DNA of 64,000 nucleotides from Candidatus Omnitrophota bacterium (GTDB lineage Bacteria; Omnitrophota; Gorgyraeia; Zapsychrales; Zapsychraceae): NCBI GenBank assembly GCA_020632515.1, contig JACKFK010000006.1, positions 75,876 to 139,875 of the forward strand, read 5' to 3'. Shown piece by piece: positions 58,007 to 64,000 of this stretch (position 1 is its first letter; each line of letters starts with the position of its first letter). The notes under the pieces were generated by a model. It saw only the letters and a program-made list of their open reading frames with translations, ran no database searches and was not told where the DNA came from. The position numbers and the translations under genes were made by a program.

Positions 58007-59092
58007 ATGAAAATCCTTTGTATTCATGCCACAGCCGGAGCAGGACATCTCAAAGCGGCTGAAGCCATTCATAATGGATTAATCAAGCATACCGAACATC
58101 AGAGTTTTTTTGTTGACGCCTTAGATTACACTAATCCAATCTTTCAAAAATTATATCCCAAATCATACGCGTTTATTGTTTCGCGTCTGCCGAAGCTTTG
58201 GGGTTTTTTTTTCGCTCTTTTAGATCAGGTATGGATTCAGCCTTTGATGCGCTGGGGACGGCGCATTTATAATTACGTGAATACCAAAAGACTTCGGGAG
58301 TATTTGATAGCGATGGATTTTGATTATATTATTTCCACGCAGTTTTTATCAAATGAAGTGGCTTCGGCATTAAAACGTAAAGGGAAAATCCGTGCGAAGA
58401 TTATCACAGTGGTGACTGATTTTGATGTGCATCGGATTTGGCTGTCGAAAGGCGTGGATTATTATTGTGTGGCCAGTGATTGGACTAAGCGGAAAATTCT
58501 TACGCTTGGTGTCAGTGAAGAAAATGTTTTTGTAACCGGTATTCCGACGGATGAAAAGTTTAGTGTTCAACGCGATGTTGTTCAGCTAAAAGCAAAATTA
58601 GGCTTGCATAAAGATATTTTCACGGTGCTGGTTGCCACTGGTTCGTTTGGTATGGGGCCGATTGAGGGATTGATTGAAGCTTGTCAGGGGATGCAGGTTG
58701 TGGTAATTTGCGGACATAATAAAGCGCTTTATGAACGTTTGATTCAGAAAAACTATGATCTTGTCAAAGTTAACGGTTTGGTGGATAATATGTATGAATT
58801 TATGGCTGTCAGCGACGTAATGGTAACAAAACCGGGAGGGCTATCGATTTCTGAAGCCTTAGTAAGTGAATTACCGATGATATTCTTTAGTGCTATCCCC
58901 GGACAGGAAACAAATAATGTTAAAGTTCTGAAAGAATATGAAATTGGCATTAGCGATAAGTCAATTCAAGAAATTTCCCAAGAGTTAAAACGATTTCAGT
59001 CTTCCAAAGATGTTCATATGACTGCTTTAAAGAAAACCAAACGCTTGGCACGCCCCAACGCTGTTAATGATATTATTGCATTAATAAAATAG
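58007..59092 (+). CDS. MGDG-synthase/UgtP-like diacylglycerol glycosyltransferase (GT28)
   Basis: N-terminal ...ATAGAGHLKAAEAI... and C-terminal KPGGLSISEAL. Confidence 0.7.
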   Translation: MKILCIHATAGAGHLKAAEAIHNGLIKHTEHQSFFVDALDYTNPIFQKLYPKSYAFIVSRLPKLWGFFFALLDQVWIQPLMRWGRRIYNYVNTKRLREYLIAMDFDYIISTQFLSNEVASALKRKGKIRAKIITVVTDFDVHRIWLSKGVDYYCVASDWTKRKILTLGVSEENVFVTGIPTDEKFSVQRDVVQLKAKLGLHKDIFTVLVATGSFGMGPIEGLIEACQGMQVVVICGHNKALYERLIQKNYDLVKVNGLVDNMYEFMAVSDVMVTKPGGLSISEALVSELPMIFFSAIPGQETNNVKVLKEYEIGISDKSIQEISQELKRFQSSKDVHMTALKKTKRLARPNAVNDIIALIK

Positions 59093-59153
59093 TTGCTAGT
59101 TGTATATTGTTGGTTGTTAATAGAGGTGTGCTAACAACAAGCAATTTAGCAAC
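59092..59153. repeat. Long imperfect GT-rich/AC-rich palindrome upstream of priA
   Basis: gttgctagttgtatattgttggttgttaa ... gctaacaacaagcaatttagcaac. The ends (GTTGCTA / TAGCAAC) match those of the 17008 inverted repeat. Confidence 0.55.
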
Positions 59154-59211
59154 CACTCTCTGGTCGTTGTTTTCTGGCAACGAGCGACCAGTAATATTAC
59201 ACAATAAACAA

Positions 59212-61071
59212 ATGACATTTCATCCCCCTAAAATTGCTGAAGTGGTTGTCGGTCTTCCTGTTGACGGACCATTTGATTATTCTCTCAATGAAGAATTGCA
59301 GAATAAAATTTCTATTGGGCAGCGTGTAAGTGTTCTTTTTAACCGGCGGAAGGTGGTTGGATACGTGGTTGGATTAAAGCAGGAAAGTACGTTTCAACGA
59401 TTAAATCCTGTCTTTAGTATTTTGGATGAATCGCCTGTATTAAGTGTAAAAGCGCTAAAACTAGTTAAGGCCTTTAGTGAACATTACGGCTGTTCTTTAG
59501 GGGAGGCGATTGAAGCGTATCTTCCTTCTGGATTGCGTAAGAATATTTCCTTTGCGACTGGAACATGTTTGGAAAATGACGACAATTTTACCGTTGATGA
59601 ATCGACACCTTTTTTAGTACATGACTTAAGTCGTAATAAGCGCTGGCCATTTATTATTAAGCAATTAGAAGCCTCTTTGGCCAAGAAGCAAGGAATCATT
59701 TTTTTAGTTCCAGAAAAATCACTTATTCCTATGGTAAAGGATAGGTTGATGAAAGAGTGTTCGGCAGAATTTACCGTGTTTGATAAGCCGTTATTAACAA
59801 AGGCTGAGGTAAATTTGTGGTTAACTGTTCGTCAAGGAAAAGCTGCGGTGGTGATTGGAACGCGGTCCGCGGTTTTTGCACCAGTGCAAAATCTTGGATT
59901 AATTGTTGTTTATGATGAAGAGAATGAATCATACAAGCAGGAACAATCCCCTTGTTATCATGTTCATGATGTGGTGATGATGCGTTCGAAAATTGAGAAC
60001 AGCAAAACGTTGTTTGTCAGTTCGGCACCATTAGCGGAAACATGGCGTCGATCACAAAAACAAAATTGGGAAAAGGTCTTTTTTACTAGTGAAGGTTGGG
60101 GGGATATACAAATTGTTGATATGACTAATTATAATCCCAGTAAGACATCCATTGTTTCATTTCCTTTGCAAAATAGTATCGCGAAAGTACTGGCTAACCG
60201 GGGGAAAGTTTTTCTTTTAATGAATCGAAAAGGATTTACAACTTTAACCCAGTGTAATCAATGCGGACATCAATTGAGTTGCCCTCGGTGTAATGTGCAT
60301 TTGGCATACATGTATTCCAAGAAAGTTTTGGCTTGTCGTCATTGTAACTTTACCATGCCGCTGCCAAAGCTTTGTCCGCAATGTCAGCAAGCTTATTTAC
60401 GTTCAATGGGTACAGGCACGGAAAAGTTGGAAAGTGAATTGAGTCGGATGTATCCGACGGCAATTGTTGAACGATATGAAAAGGAGAATGAGAAGTTTCC
60501 TCACCGTGCGGATATTGTCATTACCACACAAGCTATTTTTAAAGAAAAGGAAAATATCAAAGCTGATTTGATGGCGATTTTGAATTTTGACGCGGTATTA
60601 AACCGGTTTGATTTTCGTTCCGCGCAAAGGGCTTATTCTTTTTTAGTCAGTGCGCGCCAGTTAGCTCAGGAGAAGCTGCTTGTTCAAACACGAATGATGG
60701 AAAATCATTGTCTGCAATCGCTATTGAAAATGGATGTGGAGATGTTTTATCAACAAGAATTGCAGCATAGAAAAGATTTGCGCTTGCCGCCGTATGAGCA
60801 TATCATTGCTATAGGTTTACGTGGACGAAATGAAGATGATGTGTTAAAACGCAGTGATTTGCTTTTTAATGAATTGAACAAACGAAAGATTGATGATGTT
60901 GAAGTTTTTGAACCTCAACCAGACGCAGTACCGAAATTACGCGATAAATATCGGTACTCGATTGTTGTTAAAGGAAAATCCGTGCCAAAAGCATTGGCTT
61001 TAATTAAAGAAAGTATTAAAGATTTACGACGGAAGAAGGATGTAGTTGTTACGATTAATGTGGATCCATAA
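59212..61071 (+). CDS. priA: Primosomal protein N' (PriA) with degenerate Walker A and DEEH motifs
   Basis: Collinear with PriA by eye: N-terminal VAEV..GLPVD, IVIGTRSAVF, YKQE, four CxxC zinc motifs. Start moved to the ATG at 59212. Confidence 0.8.
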   Translation: MTFHPPKIAEVVVGLPVDGPFDYSLNEELQNKISIGQRVSVLFNRRKVVGYVVGLKQESTFQRLNPVFSILDESPVLSVKALKLVKAFSEHYGCSLGEAIEAYLPSGLRKNISFATGTCLENDDNFTVDESTPFLVHDLSRNKRWPFIIKQLEASLAKKQGIIFLVPEKSLIPMVKDRLMKECSAEFTVFDKPLLTKAEVNLWLTVRQGKAAVVIGTRSAVFAPVQNLGLIVVYDEENESYKQEQSPCYHVHDVVMMRSKIENSKTLFVSSAPLAETWRRSQKQNWEKVFFTSEGWGDIQIVDMTNYNPSKTSIVSFPLQNSIAKVLANRGKVFLLMNRKGFTTLTQCNQCGHQLSCPRCNVHLAYMYSKKVLACRHCNFTMPLPKLCPQCQQAYLRSMGTGTEKLESELSRMYPTAIVERYEKENEKFPHRADIVITTQAIFKEKENIKADLMAILNFDAVLNRFDFRSAQRAYSFLVSARQLAQEKLLVQTRMMENHCLQSLLKMDVEMFYQQELQHRKDLRLPPYEHIIAIGLRGRNEDDVLKRSDLLFNELNKRKIDDVEVFEPQPDAVPKLRDKYRYSIVVKGKSVPKALALIKESIKDLRRKKDVVVTINVDP

Positions 61072-61212
61072 GTTTATCGGGTTTTTTGGTTATTAGGTTT
61101 ATTGTGTTATTGAGTTTGTTGTGTTTGTAGTTTTACGGGAATACAACCTAACAACCCAGAAAGTTAATTAACTCAATAACTCAAAAATTTAATTAACGAA
61201 GATTATTTTATT

Positions 61213-62145
61213 ATGAAAATTATTTTCTTTGGTAGCGATGATTTCGCGCAAAAACATTTAGAAGTGTTGGTGGCCTCTTCCCATCAGGTCGTGGCTTGCG
61301 TCACTCAACCTGACCGACCTAAAGGTCGCGGCATGAAAGTTGTGCTTTCTCCGATCAAGGAAACGGCGCTTCGAAATACGATTCCGGTTTTACAGCCGGA
61401 TCAAATTAAAGATCCTTTGTTTATTAAAGACTTAGAAAGTTTTTCAGCGGATTTATTTGTTGTCATTGCCTATGGGCGGATATTGCCGGCAAAGATTTTG
61501 AATATCCCAAAGATTTTTGCCATTAATGTTCATGGTTCATTACTTCCTAAATACCGTGGGGCCGCGCCGATTAATTGGGCGGTTATTAATGGAGAGGCGC
61601 GATCCGGATTATCCATTATTAAAATGAGCCCTAAAATGGATGCAGGAGAAATTATCAGTCAGGCGGATGTTGTGATTGAGAAAACTGAAACCGCGCAAAC
61701 GCTTCGTGAAAAAATGATGAAAATTGGGGCAGAGCTTTTGCTTAAAACAATTGATAATATCGCAGCTCATAATGTCGCCTTAACACCTCAAGATGAGAAT
61801 GAAGTGACTTTCGCGCCGAAACTAACTAAAGACCTGGGACGAATCGATTGGCATCAATCTGCTGCAGCTATTTATAATTTAGTTCGTGGACTTTTGCCCT
61901 GGCCGAGCGCATATACATTGTATAAAGGAAAGCTTCTAAAGATTTTACAATGTGAACCGCTTGAGAAGGGTTATGATGGGTGTCAAGCCGGAGAAGTTGT
62001 GGGCATTGATCCAGAAGGAATTGTTGTTGCTGCCGGGCAAGGTGCGGTGCTGATTAAAGCGCTTCATCTTGAGGCTTCACAACGGATGGATGCAGCCAGC
62101 TTCTTAAGAGGGCATAAAATTGAAGTCGGTTTTCAATTTAACTAG
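61213..62145 (+). CDS. fmt: Methionyl-tRNA formyltransferase
   Basis: IIFFGSDDFA, HGSLLPKYRGAAPI. Confidence 0.9.
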   Translation: MKIIFFGSDDFAQKHLEVLVASSHQVVACVTQPDRPKGRGMKVVLSPIKETALRNTIPVLQPDQIKDPLFIKDLESFSADLFVVIAYGRILPAKILNIPKIFAINVHGSLLPKYRGAAPINWAVINGEARSGLSIIKMSPKMDAGEIISQADVVIEKTETAQTLREKMMKIGAELLLKTIDNIAAHNVALTPQDENEVTFAPKLTKDLGRIDWHQSAAAIYNLVRGLLPWPSAYTLYKGKLLKILQCEPLEKGYDGCQAGEVVGIDPEGIVVAAGQGAVLIKALHLEASQRMDAASFLRGHKIEVGFQFN

Positions 62146-62241
62146 AATTCTAAATGATTGCTAAACAATACACTTGACAATTTTGAGTTGAGGTTGTATT
62201 TTATACGTCTTGTGAATTTTGGATTAGATTATTATTAGTAA

Positions 62242-63288
<1,047 letters not shown>

Positions 63289-63312
63289 TAATTGAGAAAT
63301 TTGATTTTCTGC

Positions 63313-63350
63313 AAACAGCCGGTTATTGAAAGATAACTGGCTGTTTTTTT
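63313..63350 (+). terminator. Rho-independent terminator after gap
   Basis: aacagccggttat / ataactggctgtt stem followed by a T7 run. Confidence 0.7.
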
Positions 63351-63439
63351 ATGCTTTTTGAAATCTTCTGAAATTGATTCTTCTATAGGAATTTCTTGTT
63401 ATAATGTAAACATTTGAAGAAACGAGGAGAGGGGATTTA

Positions 63440-63784
63440 ATGACGATTGCCCAAATGCGGGAAAATCAGGATGTGCCGGTTGTAATTATTGATAAGAATG
63501 GTGACATTACATATATCAATAATAAATTTATTGAAGTTTTTGGATTTACACATAGTGATGCGATTGGCCAGCCTGTTTTGATTATTATTCCTAATGAACT
63601 TCATGATGCACATAATATGGGGTTATCACGGTTTATTTATACGGAAAAGCCTACTTTGTTGCATAAACCGCTTAATTTAAAGGCCAAGAAAAAAAATGGC
63701 GACGAATTTGACGCTGAGCATTTTATCGTCGCCGAGAAAAAAGGGAATGATTGGGAAATTGGGGCAACGATAAAACCTTTGTAA
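63440..63784 (+). CDS. Stand-alone PAS domain protein
   Basis: 114 aa. PVVIIDKNGDITYINNKFIEVFGF....IGQ PAS-like core. Confidence 0.6.
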   Translation: MTIAQMRENQDVPVVIIDKNGDITYINNKFIEVFGFTHSDAIGQPVLIIIPNELHDAHNMGLSRFIYTEKPTLLHKPLNLKAKKKNGDEFDAEHFIVAEKKGNDWEIGATIKPL

Positions 63785-63823
63785 TCTTTTAGAAGGGAGT
63801 TGAAGTAAACAGCCTTGCTGGAT

Positions 63824-63852
63824 TTGACAATAGGAAGAGGTTGTGATAGACT
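63824..63852 (+). promoter_or_regulatory. Possible sigma70-type promoter with no annotated downstream gene in the window
   Basis: TTGACA-N17-TAGACT. Confidence 0.3.
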
Positions 63853-64000
63853 TTTTGCGCTATGAATCAATTAATGAATACAAAATTGCATGCATGCCGT
63901 ATGACGCTGATCTCCGTTTGGAGAAAGCCGATTAGGGGAGGTGTGCTTTTTTAATTCATTAAGTTAAAAAATATTCAATTTCTAAAGCCACCGAATCTAA

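Noticed and set aside
59107..59211. ORF-track N-terminal extension of priA (start at 59107)
   Set aside because: The extra 35 codons run through the two intergenic hairpins and have no PriA-like sequence. The ATG at 59212 gives the family-typical N-terminus (…KIAEVVVGLPVDGPFDY).

Overview
AT-rich, densely coding bacterial chromosome segment. About 60 genes are called and nearly all sit on the + strand. LptD, a GT9 heptosyltransferase and a DUF481 outer-membrane protein indicate a diderm organism. The lineage cannot be assigned from sequence alone.

Layout:
- 1-16 kb: housekeeping genes (purE, a tsaC-phosphatase fusion, rpiB, glyA, nrdR, cca, a macro-Nudix fusion, miaA, hflX) plus a minus-strand LemA/DUF2207 pair.
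- 16-26.6 kb: heat-shock region. It holds a MerR-like regulator, hsp20 and clpB, then hrcA-grpE-dnaK-dnaJ. Two CIRCE-type operators are readable directly in the sequence.
- 26.7-36 kb: accD, an orphan MalK-type ATPase, two tandem GGDEF proteins, a ROK kinase and lptD.
- 36-59 kb: a large nucleotide-sugar/glycan locus. It contains ugd, a second NDP-sugar dehydrogenase and UDP-xylose synthase. It also contains a carbamoyltransferase-SxtJ-DUF5989 triad, a split minimal ThDP enzyme pair, an SDR and a B12-radical-SAM enzyme. HddA/HddC-like heptose activation genes, a His-for-Lys DegT-family putative 3-dehydratase, several glycosyltransferases, manC and gmhB complete it. A 700-bp non-coding gap carrying one oppositely oriented tRNA splits the locus.
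- 59-64 kb: priA, fmt, gap and a PAS protein.

No CRISPR array, transposase, integrase, toxin-antitoxin pair or recognisable defence system was seen.

The most novel-looking content:
1. The uncharacterised sugar-modification cassette at 39.8-46.2 kb.
2. A tRNA with an anomalous anticodon loop, plus an inverted copy of its own 5' half in its 3' trailer.
3. A PriA whose Walker A and DEEH motifs are degenerate.
4. Two unusual gene fusions (TsaC-LMW phosphatase, macro-Nudix).
5. Long GT-rich/AC-rich palindromic intergenic elements.

All functional calls rest on motif and family recognition by eye. No database search was run.
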